Assembly: GCA_039802005.1 (NCBI GenBank)
Contig: JBDRVV010000009.1
Span: forward strand, 3,549-67,548
Origin: a candidate division WOR-3 bacterium
GTDB taxonomy: Bacteria; Hydrothermota; Tepidihabitantia; SM23-42; JAOAFX01
Reading direction: 5' to 3'
DNA: 64,000 bases
Shown: in pieces, positions 1 to 10,074 of the stretch
How the letters are laid out: every line of letters begins with the position of its first letter
Position numbering within the stretch: position 1 is the first letter of the stretch
Notes under the pieces: generated by a model
The model's database searches: none
What the model was told of the DNA's origin: nothing
What the model saw: only the letters and a program-made list of their open reading frames with translations
Translations under genes and position numbers: made by a program

Positions 1-339
1 CAGTAGTTCAATTTGCTGGATAAATGCCTTGGGCACATAACCTTCTTTTACTGCAATATTCTTAATTGCGTTCATCACATCCGTAAACCGCACACCCTGT
101 GGACACCGTTCAGTACAGGCATAACAACTTGAACAAAACCATATAAAATCATTCTCCAGAACCCTTTTCTTCATTCCTAAGAGAATCATCCTTATTATCT
201 TTCTCGGATTGTACCTATCATCAATCTCGCGCACCGGGCAACTTGCCGTACAGATACCACAGGCAAAACACAATTTTATCTTCTCACCACCCGGTTCCTG
301 GGCAACTCGGTATTTAAATTTTGGATCAATACCGCTCAT
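1..339 (-). CDS. hdrC: Heterodisulfide reductase subunit C-like 4Fe-4S protein, 3' end runs off the window; paralog of 6186-6677
   Basis: Not in ORF track. My translation from ATG at 339 (GGGGGA RBS): MSGIDPKFKYRVAQEPGGEKIKLCFACGICTASCPVREIDDRYNPRKIIRMILLG...WFCSSCYACTERCPQG, two CxxCxxCxxxCP motifs, very similar to 6186-6677. Confidence 0.9.
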   Translation of the reverse strand, partial: MSGIDPKFKYRVAQEPGGEKIKLCFACGICTASCPVREIDDRYNPRKIIRMILLGMKKRVLENDFIWFCSSCYACTERCPQGVRFTDVMNAIKNIAVKEGYVPKAFIQQIELL

Positions 340-429
340 AATCCCCCTTTTGTTTTAAAGCCATTTTTTTGCCCTTTTGCCATTCGTGCCTTTTTCTACC
401 TCTTGAGTCTTTTTGAGCCATTTTACCCT

Positions 430-1221
430 TTACCTGAATAACAGATGTTTTTCTATCTTCTTCAAAAGGGTCTGCGTATCAACTGGTTTATCAATGAAAT
501 CATCTGCAAGGTGGTCAATGGCAATATCCACAGCATATTCGGGCTTGGATAATTGCTGTCCGATTGCGGTAAGCATAATGATTGGAATCGGCCTTGTTTG
601 CGGGTTTTTCCTCAATTCATAACATACCGTATACCCATCCTTTCCCGGCATAATCACATCAAGGAATATCAAATCTGGACTTTCAATCTTCGCCTTCTGG
701 ATACCTTCTTCGCCATCTTTCGCAGTTATCACCTCAAAGCGATTTGCCAGCAGAATCTGTTTTGTTGCCTCAAGAAAATCCGGGTCATCATCAACAAGTA
801 AAATCTTGGGTCTCTCACCTTCTGTTTTCGGCTTCGGTGTCGCAGTGGTCAAAAGAAAATTGACCTTTTCTAAAAGCAAATTTGGATTCGCCGGCTTTTC
901 AATGTATGCATCTGCCTTATGCTGCTTCCCGATATTTTCAGGATAACCGCCTGTTTTGGTTCCGATAGCCGTAAAGAGTATCACCGGAATATTTTGTAAA
1001 TCAGCATTCTCCTTCAGTTCCCGGCAGACCGAAAAGCCATTAATATCGGGCAAGATAACATCAAGAATTATCAAATCAGGCTTTTCACTCATTGCCTTTT
1101 GCATTCCAGTCTTTCCGTCATTAGCAGTGATAACTTCGTATCCTGCATTAGTGAGAATGATTTTGTTTGCCTCAACAAAATCCTTGTCATCATCAATGAA
1201 TAAAATTTTTGATTTCTTCAT
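430..1221 (-). CDS. Response regulator with two tandem receiver domains and no output domain
   Basis: Two REC domains (ILFIDDD...LDVILP...EKP; ILLVDDD...LDVIMP...DKP), both with phosphoacceptor Asp. Confidence 0.9.
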   Translation of the reverse strand: MKKSKILFIDDDKDFVEANKIILTNAGYEVITANDGKTGMQKAMSEKPDLIILDVILPDINGFSVCRELKENADLQNIPVILFTAIGTKTGGYPENIGKQHKADAYIEKPANPNLLLEKVNFLLTTATPKPKTEGERPKILLVDDDPDFLEATKQILLANRFEVITAKDGEEGIQKAKIESPDLIFLDVIMPGKDGYTVCYELRKNPQTRPIPIIMLTAIGQQLSKPEYAVDIAIDHLADDFIDKPVDTQTLLKKIEKHLLFR

Positions 1222-2345
1222 TACTCACTCCTTTTTTCATTCCCTTTCATACTACTTGAAATGGGTAAATAAATTGTAAATGTGCTCCCCTCATTCAATT
1301 TGCTTCTGATTTCAAGCTTGCCATTGTGGATATCAAGAATTTTCTTCACAATCGCAAGCCCCAGACCAGAACCACTTGCAACGCCTTCTCTTTTTACCCT
1401 ATAAAACTCTTCACCGAGCCTTTTGAGTTCATCCTCTGAAATACCAATTCCTGTATCTGTTATATCGACTGCGATATAGTCTCCATTTTTTCTGCAATTT
1501 ATAACAACCGAACCCTGACTTTGATTATATTTAACCCCATTTGTAATTAAATTTATAAGGACCTCTTTTATCAAATCCCTTTCTCCAAAGACTTCATAAA
1601 TTTCATTTGCGAACTTTTTTTCGATCTTTATTCCCTTCTCCAAAGCAAGCGGCTTTATCAATTCTACCGATTCATCAATCAACGGTTCCAAACTAAATTC
1701 CTGAAAATTATCTTTAATATTCAATTCTTCTATACGAGCAAGTTTCAGCCATCTATTTATCAAATCAAGGAGTTCATTCAACCTTATCTTCATTCTCTCA
1801 ATAATCTGTTTCTGCTGTCCAGAAATCTGACCTGCCATTCCACCATAAAGGACTTCAAGATATTGTATGACAGCAACAAGCGGAGTGCGTAATTCGTGAG
1901 AAACAAGGGAAATAAAGTTTTGTCGCATCATTTCTTTTTCTTTCTCAATTTTGTTCTTTTCATCAAGGTCTCTTTTTTTCGCGACTGCTCGCTCAGTAAT
2001 AACAATTAACTCTTCAGCAGTGAACGGTTTAGGAAGAAAATCAAAAGCGCCATTTTTCATTGATTCAACTGCGGTTTCAATTGAGGCATAGCCCGTGATA
2101 ACAATCGGGATCGCATTCGTTTTCCTATCAACAATTGCCTTCAGCACATCCATTCCGCTTATCCCGGGCATCTTCAAATCAATAAATACTACATCAGGGT
2201 TAAAATCTTCAAACTTTTTTAATCCCTCTTCACCATTTTTTGCGAGCTCTACTGAATAACCTTTATCAGTGAGAATCTGGCAACAGGCATCACAGATCGT
2301 TGGTTCATCATCGATTACAAGTATCTTAGGAAAATCAGACTTCAT
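1221..2345 (-). CDS. Hybrid receiver-histidine kinase (REC-HisKA-HATPase_c)
   Basis: N-terminal REC (VIDDE, IDLKMP), H-box VSHELRTPL, N box NLITNGVKY, G boxes DTGIG and GSGLGL. Confidence 0.92.
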   Translation of the reverse strand: MKSDFPKILVIDDEPTICDACCQILTDKGYSVELAKNGEEGLKKFEDFNPDVVFIDLKMPGISGMDVLKAIVDRKTNAIPIVITGYASIETAVESMKNGAFDFLPKPFTAEELIVITERAVAKKRDLDEKNKIEKEKEMMRQNFISLVSHELRTPLVAVIQYLEVLYGGMAGQISGQQKQIIERMKIRLNELLDLINRWLKLARIEELNIKDNFQEFSLEPLIDESVELIKPLALEKGIKIEKKFANEIYEVFGERDLIKEVLINLITNGVKYNQSQGSVVINCRKNGDYIAVDITDTGIGISEDELKRLGEEFYRVKREGVASGSGLGLAIVKKILDIHNGKLEIRSKLNEGSTFTIYLPISSSMKGNEKRSE

Positions 2346-2539
2346 TTTTCCTTCTTTTTGTTGTCTTTATGGCTCTCCTGTTTCTTTTTCGTTAAATAAT
2401 TCTGATAGACCGGACAGGCGAAATATTCCTGTTCGCATTTTGACAATTCTTTACTTTTACCCTTGGGAATCATTTTACGAACCGGGGCAACCGCACAATA
2501 GTTTACAACAATCTCTTCAAGGAATGGACATTTCATCAC
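2342..2539 (-). CDS. Small Cys-containing protein (CPFL...C...C...CP)
   Basis: ORF track; stop overlaps start of next gene; four spaced Cys; first gene after sigma54 promoter. Confidence 0.7.
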   Translation of the reverse strand: MMKCPFLEEIVVNYCAVAPVRKMIPKGKSKELSKCEQEYFACPVYQNYLTKKKQESHKDNKKKEK

Positions 2540-2550
2540 TTAATTTAATA

Positions 2551-2566
2551 TGCAAAATTCGTGCCC
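2551..2566 (-). promoter_or_regulatory. Sigma54 (-24/-12) promoter
   Basis: Minus strand GGGCACG-AATT-TTGCA matches TGGCACG-N4-TTGCW with exact spacing; NtrC-type activator encoded at 4727-6079. Confidence 0.75.
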
Positions 2567-2696
2567 GGCGGAGTCAAAAAAAGTTTTGAAATTTCAATTG
2601 ATTTTTCTGACAAAAACGAGCCTGCTAAATAAATTAGTGTATATTTTTTCAACATCAATATTGTAAACGATTTTTCATTAGTTTTATGTTGCATTT

Positions 2697-4619
2697 TTAA
2701 ACATTAATTGGTAATTTAATTTTAAAAGTTGCTCCCTTACCAAATTCACTATAAACTTCTATCACTCCATTATGGTCATCTATGATTCTTTTGCTTATTG
2801 AAAGGCCAAGTCCAACTCCGTGACTTGCCTCTTTGGTTGTAAAAAATGGCTCAAAAATTTTCTTAATATGCTCAGGTTTTATACCAGGACCGGTGTCTGA
2901 TATTGATATAACTACAAAATTTTTGTCTTCAGAAAACGCTGTTTTTATTGTGAGTTCACCCTTTCCTTCCATCGCTTCAACTCCATTCATTATTATATTA
3001 ATAATAACCTGCTGAATCTGTCCGGGGTCAATGTTTATCTGAGGTAAATTTTTATCGAGTTCAAGTTTTGTGTTTATATTAAGAAAGATTGCCTGGGTCT
3101 TCAACAAACTTAATGTTGACTCAATCAAATCATTTATTGATACCTTTTTTACCTCGGGCTTTTTTTCCCTTGCAAAATCTAATAAACCCTTAACTATCGT
3201 TTTGCAACGCTGTGCCTCACTGTTTATACGGATCAAATTCTTTTTGTATGGTGAATCGTCGGGAAAATTTTTCAGCATTAAATCGCAATAAAGTAATATA
3301 CCGGTCAAAGGATTGTTTATTTCATGTGCCACACCTGCAGCAAGTTGACCAATTATCGCTAATCTTTCTGCTTCGGCGATCGTCTGCTGGGCATATCTTT
3401 TCAACTCTTCATCGCGTTTCTTGATAGAATCTATCATATACTGAAATGCCCTTGCTAAATCTGCTATCTCATCCTGCGTTGTAATGTTAATTCTTTCGGG
3501 GAAATTACCTTTACCAATTTCGCGCGCAGCGCGAGCGATCTCTCCGATAGACTTTGTAATCGTGCCGGAAAGTAAATAAGAGAACCCTGTCACGGCAAGT
3601 ATTGCTATGATAGTTAACCCGATAAAAAATAAAACAATTTGATTGCGCATATCTGTATACTTCTTTTCCAGAATACCAACATAAAGAACGCCTACCGTTT
3701 CACCAAGAAAATTTTTGATTGGTCTATAGGCGGTTATATACCAATCTTTTACTACAAACGCCCTTGCCAACCAGGTCTGTCCCTTCTCAATTACCGCCTC
3801 ATAAACCTCTTTTGAAATCAGTGTTCCTATTGCCCGTGTTCCATCAACATTCTTTACATTCGTCGATACCCGTAAATCCTTCATAAATATGGTTGATGTT
3901 CCAATATCCCGTCCCTTATACTGTTCATTGAGAAAGACAGTATTTTTTATACGGTCAACGATATCAAAATTGTTATTTATTAATTTACCTGCGTAAACCA
4001 CACCAATCACATTTTCATAATCATCAAGGATTGGTGCAGAACCGACTATTACCAAACCTGATGTCTCAACGCCTGAACGCTGGAATTTGACTCTTTGGGT
4101 AGGTAAAATCTTTATCTCTGCTTTCTTTTTGAGTACGGGGTTCTCTTTATATAATCCTTCGGCAGTCAAAATCTCAGTAGCATATGTGGGAGATTTAGTT
4201 TTCATTGTGTGTTCAATCAAGGGATTATAAACAGTATCGTTAAAATTATCTTTGTTGGTCCCTCGAGCAAGAACTACTCCATTTGTATCAACAACCGAAA
4301 GAAAATCAAGATTTTCGGTTTTCAGAACCCTCTCCAACTCCTGTATCATATCCAGATTTTTTTTCTCTAATAATGCTTTTTTTAGGAAAAATCGCGTTGC
4401 GGTAAATCTACAGACATTCAACACCTGGTTTGCAAACTGGTCATATATTTCTCCTGCAGAATTCAAATCCGCACTCACGCGATTCTGCGCCTGATTGATA
4501 ATTCCCCGGTTGATTGTCGCGATGCCTATAATAGAACATAAAATCCCAACAAGTCCAACTGCAAGTACATAACTCAGAGCGAGTTTGGTCCTTAAAGAGT
4601 TAAGATGAAAAAGTGCCAT
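2697..4619 (-). CDS. Membrane sensor histidine kinase (Cache-type periplasmic domain, HAMP, HisKA, HATPase), NtrB-like
   Basis: Two TM segments, HAMP (DEIADLARAF), H-box AHEINNPL, DTGPG, GVGLGL. Confidence 0.92.
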   Translation of the reverse strand: MALFHLNSLRTKLALSYVLAVGLVGILCSIIGIATINRGIINQAQNRVSADLNSAGEIYDQFANQVLNVCRFTATRFFLKKALLEKKNLDMIQELERVLKTENLDFLSVVDTNGVVLARGTNKDNFNDTVYNPLIEHTMKTKSPTYATEILTAEGLYKENPVLKKKAEIKILPTQRVKFQRSGVETSGLVIVGSAPILDDYENVIGVVYAGKLINNNFDIVDRIKNTVFLNEQYKGRDIGTSTIFMKDLRVSTNVKNVDGTRAIGTLISKEVYEAVIEKGQTWLARAFVVKDWYITAYRPIKNFLGETVGVLYVGILEKKYTDMRNQIVLFFIGLTIIAILAVTGFSYLLSGTITKSIGEIARAAREIGKGNFPERINITTQDEIADLARAFQYMIDSIKKRDEELKRYAQQTIAEAERLAIIGQLAAGVAHEINNPLTGILLYCDLMLKNFPDDSPYKKNLIRINSEAQRCKTIVKGLLDFAREKKPEVKKVSINDLIESTLSLLKTQAIFLNINTKLELDKNLPQINIDPGQIQQVIINIIMNGVEAMEGKGELTIKTAFSEDKNFVVISISDTGPGIKPEHIKKIFEPFFTTKEASHGVGLGLSISKRIIDDHNGVIEVYSEFGKGATFKIKLPINV

Positions 4620-4637
4620 CCAAAAATCTCCTTTTAA

Positions 4638-4665
4638 ATTATATCAAAATCAAATGGGAAGTCAA
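4638..4665 (-). promoter_or_regulatory. Sigma70-like promoter TTGACT-N16-TATAAT
   Basis: Read directly; upstream of kinase start 4619. Confidence 0.65.
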
Positions 4666-4726
4666 GAAATGTAAATTTTAGTAAAAATTTGCTTAAAAGT
4701 TTAAATCTTGAAATGATTTTTCGTAT

Positions 4727-6079
4727 TTACTCCTTCTTCAATCCGTACTTTTCCATTTTATTATATAATGTTACACGATTGATACCCAGGACCTGGGCTG
4801 TCTTCTTTATATTCCAATTATAAATTCTTAGCACATTTAAAATATGCTCTTTTTCCATTGTATCAAGGCGTAAATCCTTATTGGTAAACTGGGGAATTAA
4901 AAATTTATCAACTAAATTTTTGGGCAGGTCTTTTTTTCCTATCTCCCTGCCTTTTGTTACTACTACCGCATGTTCAATAACATTCTCAAGCTCACGGACA
5001 TTACCGGGCCAATCGTAAGATAACAACAACTCCATCGCATCCGAACTGATTCCCGAAATATCTTTTTTATTTTCTAAATTGAATTTTTTCAAAAAGTGTT
5101 CTAAGAGAAGTGGAATATCTTCTTTTCTTTCGCGCAAAGGAGGAATTTCTATTGTAATAACATTTAATCGGTAATACAGATCTTCCCTGAAAGTTCCTTC
5201 CCGTATCATTTCTTCAAGTTTCTTATTTGTCGCAGCAATCACCCTTGTATCTACTTTAATGAGCTCTTTACCGCCAACCCTGCGGAATTCGCGCTCCTGC
5301 AAGAATCTTAAAAGGTCAACCTGCGTTTTAAGGCTGATATCGCCAATCTCATCAAGAAAAAGAGTCCCCCGGTCTGCCATTTCAATTCTACCTTTATGCT
5401 GGCTTAAAGCACCGGTAAACGCACCCTTTTCATAACCAAATAACTCCGCTTCAAGAAGTGTCTCTGGCATTGCCCCACAGGCAGTTGCAACAAAAGGGCC
5501 TTTACTGCGTGGACCTAAATTATGGATTGCCCTTGCGACAAGTTCTTTTCCAGTTCCACTTTCACCTCTGATAAGAACAGTTGACCTTGTTGGTGCTACG
5601 GTCTTTATCAATTCAAAAATTTTTTGCATCTTTGGACTCTTACCTATCAAATCCTCTAATCTAAATCGTTTTTCAAGCTCTCTGCGTAGCAGGATGTTCT
5701 CCTTAATAATTTCCTGATGTTCAAGTAATTTTTTAAGAATGATATTTATCTCTTCAGGATTGAATGGTTTCATAACATAGTCTACTGCACCTTCTTTCAT
5801 TGCAACAACCGCACTATCAACTGTTCCATGTCCGGTAATTATTATCACCGGCAAATCCGGTCTTATCTTATGAATTCTCCGCAATGTCTCAATCCCGTCA
5901 ATCTTCGGCATCTTCAAATCCACAAGGACAACATCCCAATCATTAATTTCTATCTGTTCAAGGGCTATTAGACCATCTTCAACCGCCTTTACTTGATATC
6001 CCAAATTATCAAGCCATTCACTGAGTGCGTCTCTAACAATTTTTTCATCATCAATAATCAAAATTTTATATTTCTTCAT
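4727..6079 (-). CDS. Sigma54-dependent response regulator (NtrC/AtoC family)
   Basis: REC + AAA+ (GESGTGKE, GAFTGA, LFLDEIG, WPGNVREL) + C-terminal HTH. Confidence 0.95.
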   Translation of the reverse strand: MKKYKILIIDDEKIVRDALSEWLDNLGYQVKAVEDGLIALEQIEINDWDVVLVDLKMPKIDGIETLRRIHKIRPDLPVIIITGHGTVDSAVVAMKEGAVDYVMKPFNPEEINIILKKLLEHQEIIKENILLRRELEKRFRLEDLIGKSPKMQKIFELIKTVAPTRSTVLIRGESGTGKELVARAIHNLGPRSKGPFVATACGAMPETLLEAELFGYEKGAFTGALSQHKGRIEMADRGTLFLDEIGDISLKTQVDLLRFLQEREFRRVGGKELIKVDTRVIAATNKKLEEMIREGTFREDLYYRLNVITIEIPPLRERKEDIPLLLEHFLKKFNLENKKDISGISSDAMELLLSYDWPGNVRELENVIEHAVVVTKGREIGKKDLPKNLVDKFLIPQFTNKDLRLDTMEKEHILNVLRIYNWNIKKTAQVLGINRVTLYNKMEKYGLKKE

Positions 6080-6090
6080 AGTGATTAAAA

Positions 6091-6118
6091 ATTATACACA
6101 TTTAGAATAAAAAATCAA
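6091..6118 (-). promoter_or_regulatory. Sigma70-like promoter TTGATT-N16-TATAAT
   Basis: Read directly; -10 box lies 11 nt from the ATG at 6079. Confidence 0.6.
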
Positions 6119-6136
6119 TACCCTTCTATATCACTC

Positions 6137-6164
6137 TTGATTTTCTGCGATTAATATATATAAT
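6137..6164 (+). promoter_or_regulatory. Sigma70-like promoter TTGATT-N16-TATAAT for hdrCBA
   Basis: Read directly; divergent from the previous promoter; GGAGG RBS follows. Confidence 0.6.
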
Positions 6165-6185
6165 TTAAACACTTATGGAGGCAAA

Positions 6186-6677
6186 ATGATTGATTTAAAA
6201 AATGCCGATATCAATTTTAAGTGGAACATTATTAAACAGGAAGGCGGAGAGGGATTGCTAAAATGTTTTGGTTGCAGTGACTGTTCTGCAAGTTGTCCGG
6301 TGCGATATCTGGATGATAGATATAACCCAAGAAAAATCATCAGGCTCACACTTTTAGGGATGAAAAACGAAGTCCTTTCTTCACCATTCCTGTGGCTCTG
6401 TGCCCATTGCCATGCCTGTACCGAAAGATGCCCACAGGGAATCCGTGTTGCCGAAGTTATCAATGCAATAAAAAACTATGCCGTAAAAAGTGGATATTGC
6501 CCTGAAGGTCTGAAAGTGCAGTTGAATTTACTAAATAACTCAGGCAGGTTGTATGAACTTGAAGACTTTGACCTTAGAAAGAGACAGAGAATGGGGCTAC
6601 CTGAAATAGCCAAAAAGATCGCCGATGTCGCCAGAATTTTTCAATCAACAAAAATTTTTGAAAGGATTGCAAAATGA
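6186..6677 (+). CDS. hdrC: Heterodisulfide reductase subunit C-like
   Basis: CFGCSDCSASCP and CAHCHACTERCP 4Fe-4S motifs; ATGA overlap with hdrB. Confidence 0.92.
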   Translation: MIDLKNADINFKWNIIKQEGGEGLLKCFGCSDCSASCPVRYLDDRYNPRKIIRLTLLGMKNEVLSSPFLWLCAHCHACTERCPQGIRVAEVINAIKNYAVKSGYCPEGLKVQLNLLNNSGRLYELEDFDLRKRQRMGLPEIAKKIADVARIFQSTKIFERIAK

Positions 6678-7528
6678 AAAGGTATGCTTTGTTTCTTGGA
6701 TGCACAGTGCCGGTTCGGGCACAACATTATGAACTTGCCACAAGAAATGTAGCCAAAGAACTCGGTATTGAATTCGTTGATTTAAAAGAGGGCTCCTGCT
6801 GTGGTTTTCCCTTAAAAGCACTTGATGCTGAAACTTCTTTATTAATGGCAGCAAGGAATGTTGGACTGGCAAGCAATTTAGGCCTTGATGTCGTCACACT
6901 TTGCAATTCCTGCACTGCTATGCTCTCAGATGCCCAGTTGAAATTAAAAGAAAGCGAGTTTCGTAGGAAGTTTACTGAACTCGGGTTTACCTACCCATGT
7001 GAAATAAAAGTCCGTCATTTTGTTCGCATGCTTTATGAAGATATAGGTGTGGAAAATTTAGAGAAGGCAATAAAAAAATTCTTGAAAAACTTAAGGATAA
7101 TTTCACACTATGGTTGCCATTATCTCAGACCATCATACCTCCATTCCTTTGATAATGTTGAAAATCCCCACACCCTTGAGCAACTTGTTGGCTTGACCGG
7201 TGCGACAATAATAGATTATCAAGAAAAGAAATTATGTTGCGGTGGTTCGGTATTGGGTGTAGATGAAGAACTCGCTTTAAAAATGGCAAACCAAAAACTT
7301 TCCATAGCAAAAAACAATAATGCTGATGCATTGATTTCAATCTGTCCATTCTGCACGGTAATGTACGAGGATAATCAACGGAAGGTAGAAACAAAATTCA
7401 CAATCACATACAATCTCCCCGTGCTGTATTACCCACAACTTTTAGGACTTGCACTTGGTTTAGCACCTGATGCCTGTGGTTTGAAATTCAATCGCATTAA
7501 ACCAGATAATATTATCTCAAAATTATAA
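6674..7528 (+). CDS. hdrB: Heterodisulfide reductase subunit B-like (two CCG domains)
   Basis: FLGC, CCG, CNSC, YGCH, CCGG, CPFC motifs. Confidence 0.93.
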   Translation: MKRYALFLGCTVPVRAQHYELATRNVAKELGIEFVDLKEGSCCGFPLKALDAETSLLMAARNVGLASNLGLDVVTLCNSCTAMLSDAQLKLKESEFRRKFTELGFTYPCEIKVRHFVRMLYEDIGVENLEKAIKKFLKNLRIISHYGCHYLRPSYLHSFDNVENPHTLEQLVGLTGATIIDYQEKKLCCGGSVLGVDEELALKMANQKLSIAKNNNADALISICPFCTVMYEDNQRKVETKFTITYNLPVLYYPQLLGLALGLAPDACGLKFNRIKPDNIISKL

Positions 7529-7540
7529 AGGGAGTGTAAA

Positions 7541-9652
7541 ATGAGATTAATTATTTGCCATTGTAATGGTTTGATCAATATTCCTGATTTGGATCTTGGC
7601 CCGGATGTAAAAATTGAAAGATATGATGATCTCTGTAAACAGGAAGTAAAGATTGACCCTGGCGAGAAGGTGGTAATCGGAGGATGCTCCCCATCTTTAA
7701 TGGAAGGTTTATTCCCCGATGCAGATGTTGAGTTTGTAAATCTCAAGGACCACATATTTTTAATGAATCATTCAGTAGAGAAGGCACAGTCACTGCTTAA
7801 AGCAACGATTGAAAAATCCAAATCAGGTATGGGGCTGAAGAAAAAAATATTTACAATTAGATCAAAATCTACTGCAGTAATTGGTTCGGGTGTTGCCGGG
7901 CTTGATCTGACAAACGCATTAACAAAGGCGGGGAGAAAAATATATCTTATCGAAAAAGAGCCATTTTTGGGTGGCACAGTTGCAAAACTGGACAGGCTCT
8001 ATCCCGAAGGCACACCCTGGAGTCATACAGTCCTGCCATTGATTTCAAGTGTAGTAAAAAATAGAAATGTTGAAATTTTCACAAACACTGAAATAATGGA
8101 AATAAAAGGCGAATTAGGAGACTACAAGATCCAGTTGAAGAACAAACCCCGTGGTGTGGTTGATTGCAACAATTGCGGTGCGTGTGTTGCGGTGTGCCCT
8201 ATTACTGTACAGGATAATGGAAGAATTCGCAAAGCAATATATACAATCAACACATATCCTTATATTTATGCGATTGACTTTAATTCCTGTAATAAATGTG
8301 GTGAGTGTGTAAAAGTATGTCCAAAGAAAATAGATCTCAATGAAATAGAAAAGATTATTGAAATTAATACCGGAACGATTGCGGTAGCAACCGGTCTAAA
8401 ATTTTATGACTTGGAAAAAGTTGAGGAATACGGATATGGTAAATATCCTAATGTTATGAATGTTTTAGAGTTTGAACGGAAGATTACTGATGGTTCTTTT
8501 GCCCCTCGTAATGTTGTATTAATTTGCTGTGCCGGTTCGCGTGACAACAACCATTTACCTTATTGCTCAAGGATTTGTTGTTTTCTGGCATTGAAAGAAG
8601 CGAAACTCGTTACCGACCGTTATCCTGAAACGCGCGTCTTTGTCTGTGCTATGGATATGCGTAGTTATGGGAATTTTGAATATTTCTATGCAACATTACG
8701 CGAGCGAGGTGTATCTTTCATAAAAGGGAAACCTTCCGAAGTCATGCAGCGAGACGGCAACCTCGTCGTAAGAGTTGAAGACCTTTACACAAATGAACTT
8801 CTTGAGATTGATGCAGATGCAGTTGTCCTTAGCGGCGGTTTTGTTCCCGATAAAGAAACATTTGATAAACTTGGGGTAAAAATTGATGGAAATTTCCCCG
8901 TTATCTTCGAAAGCGGCAAACTTGGAAATATTGAAATGCCCAGAGGAATATTTGTTGCGGGTTCAGCAAGTTTTCCGGCTGGGGTTTTTGAGACAATCGT
9001 TGACGCAAGAAAATCCGCATTCTCAATCTTCAGTCTATTGCAAAACGATACTATTGAATCCAGCCAACCCATTGTCTATGTAAACGAAGACTACTGTAGT
9101 GTTTGCAAAACCTGCATTAGCGTCTGCCCTTATAATGCAATTACTATTGAGAACGATAAAATAAAAATTCATCCTGATTTATGCATGGGTTGTGGAATAT
9201 GTGCCAGTGCCTGTCCAGCAGCTGCAAGCCGTCTTGAAAAATTTACTGTTCGGGAAATTTCTGATTGGGTCAAAACAACTACAAAGCCCGGTGATATAAT
9301 CGCATTCCTATGTAAATGGTCTGCATACAATGCCACCGAAACTGCGGCATATATGAAAGTTCAGTATCCAGAAAATATCAAGATTCTCAGAGTCCCCTGT
9401 AGTGGCGCAGTAGAACCGAACCATATAATTCAGGCATTGAACTTAGGTGCCAGAGGTGTGCTTATCGGAGGCTGTTATCCCGATGCCTGTCATTATGTAA
9501 AAGGTAATTTTAAAGCAAGAACAAGGGAGAAGATATTAAAGGAAACCATCGAACTTTTGGGTTTATCCAGAGACCGTGTTCGCCTTGAGTGGATTGGTAA
9601 GGATGAGGCAAAAAAGTTTGAAAGTATAATTAAAGAAATGAATAAAGGTTAA
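7541..9652 (+). CDS. hdrA: HdrA-like flavoprotein fused to a C-terminal MvhD (2Fe-2S) domain
   Basis: CHC N-terminus, GSGVAG FAD motif, LGG, four CxxCxxCxxxCP ferredoxin motifs, CAGSR/YCSRICC, then FLCKW...RVPCSG...GGC...CHY..GN MvhD signature. Confidence 0.92.
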   Translation: MRLIICHCNGLINIPDLDLGPDVKIERYDDLCKQEVKIDPGEKVVIGGCSPSLMEGLFPDADVEFVNLKDHIFLMNHSVEKAQSLLKATIEKSKSGMGLKKKIFTIRSKSTAVIGSGVAGLDLTNALTKAGRKIYLIEKEPFLGGTVAKLDRLYPEGTPWSHTVLPLISSVVKNRNVEIFTNTEIMEIKGELGDYKIQLKNKPRGVVDCNNCGACVAVCPITVQDNGRIRKAIYTINTYPYIYAIDFNSCNKCGECVKVCPKKIDLNEIEKIIEINTGTIAVATGLKFYDLEKVEEYGYGKYPNVMNVLEFERKITDGSFAPRNVVLICCAGSRDNNHLPYCSRICCFLALKEAKLVTDRYPETRVFVCAMDMRSYGNFEYFYATLRERGVSFIKGKPSEVMQRDGNLVVRVEDLYTNELLEIDADAVVLSGGFVPDKETFDKLGVKIDGNFPVIFESGKLGNIEMPRGIFVAGSASFPAGVFETIVDARKSAFSIFSLLQNDTIESSQPIVYVNEDYCSVCKTCISVCPYNAITIENDKIKIHPDLCMGCGICASACPAAASRLEKFTVREISDWVKTTTKPGDIIAFLCKWSAYNATETAAYMKVQYPENIKILRVPCSGAVEPNHIIQALNLGARGVLIGGCYPDACHYVKGNFKARTREKILKETIELLGLSRDRVRLEWIGKDEAKKFESIIKEMNKG

Positions 9653-9798
9653 AAAAATCTTTTTTTATTTACCCAATATCTAACGCTTTTGATATATCTA
9701 TTAGGCAATAGAGAATTTAGTCACTATTACCATATTAATTAATATCCATAAACCACCGACTATTTTCTGAGGTAAAGAGGTATCTACTCGATTAAAAT

Positions 9799-10074
9799 GG
9801 CTGGGTCCTCTCCATTTTTTCTTTTCTTGAAATTTTAAGTTTTCATACTAAGTATCAATATATGTTTCTTTTTCCACTATTCAATATTACAACTTTTCGC
9901 AAAAATGAAAAATCTCAATCCCTCTTTCCCCCTTTCATAAAGGGGGATAATGGGGGATTATATTTTTACAAAGGGGACAATGGGGTTATCGAAAGAAAAA
10001 CCAAACTTCTGATATTTTAAGAAAAAAATTCAGGTACGATCTCTTAATATCGAAAAAATGGAGAGGACTCAGTC
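9799..10074. mobile_element. MITE-like non-autonomous element (276 bp)
   Basis: 23-bp terminal inverted repeats (9799-9821 and 10052-10074, 21/23 match) flanked by a direct AAAAT duplication (9794-9798, 10075-10079); no transposase inside. Confidence 0.7.
9917..9959. repeat. C/G-run palindromic repeat inside the MITE
   Basis: TCCCCCTTT-cat-AAAGGGGGA core with outer AATCCC...GGGATT; partial second copy (AAAGGGGACAATGGGG) follows. Confidence 0.6.

Noticed and set aside
377-390. Sigma54 promoter upstream of the left hdrC (GGCACGAATGGCAA on the minus strand)
   Set aside because: GG-to-GC spacing is 8 nt, not the required 10; it lies within a degenerate repeat tract
7541-9652. Selenocysteine in HdrA/MvhD
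   Set aside because: The ORF is uninterrupted; the MvhD motif reads CKWS with a TCT Ser codon
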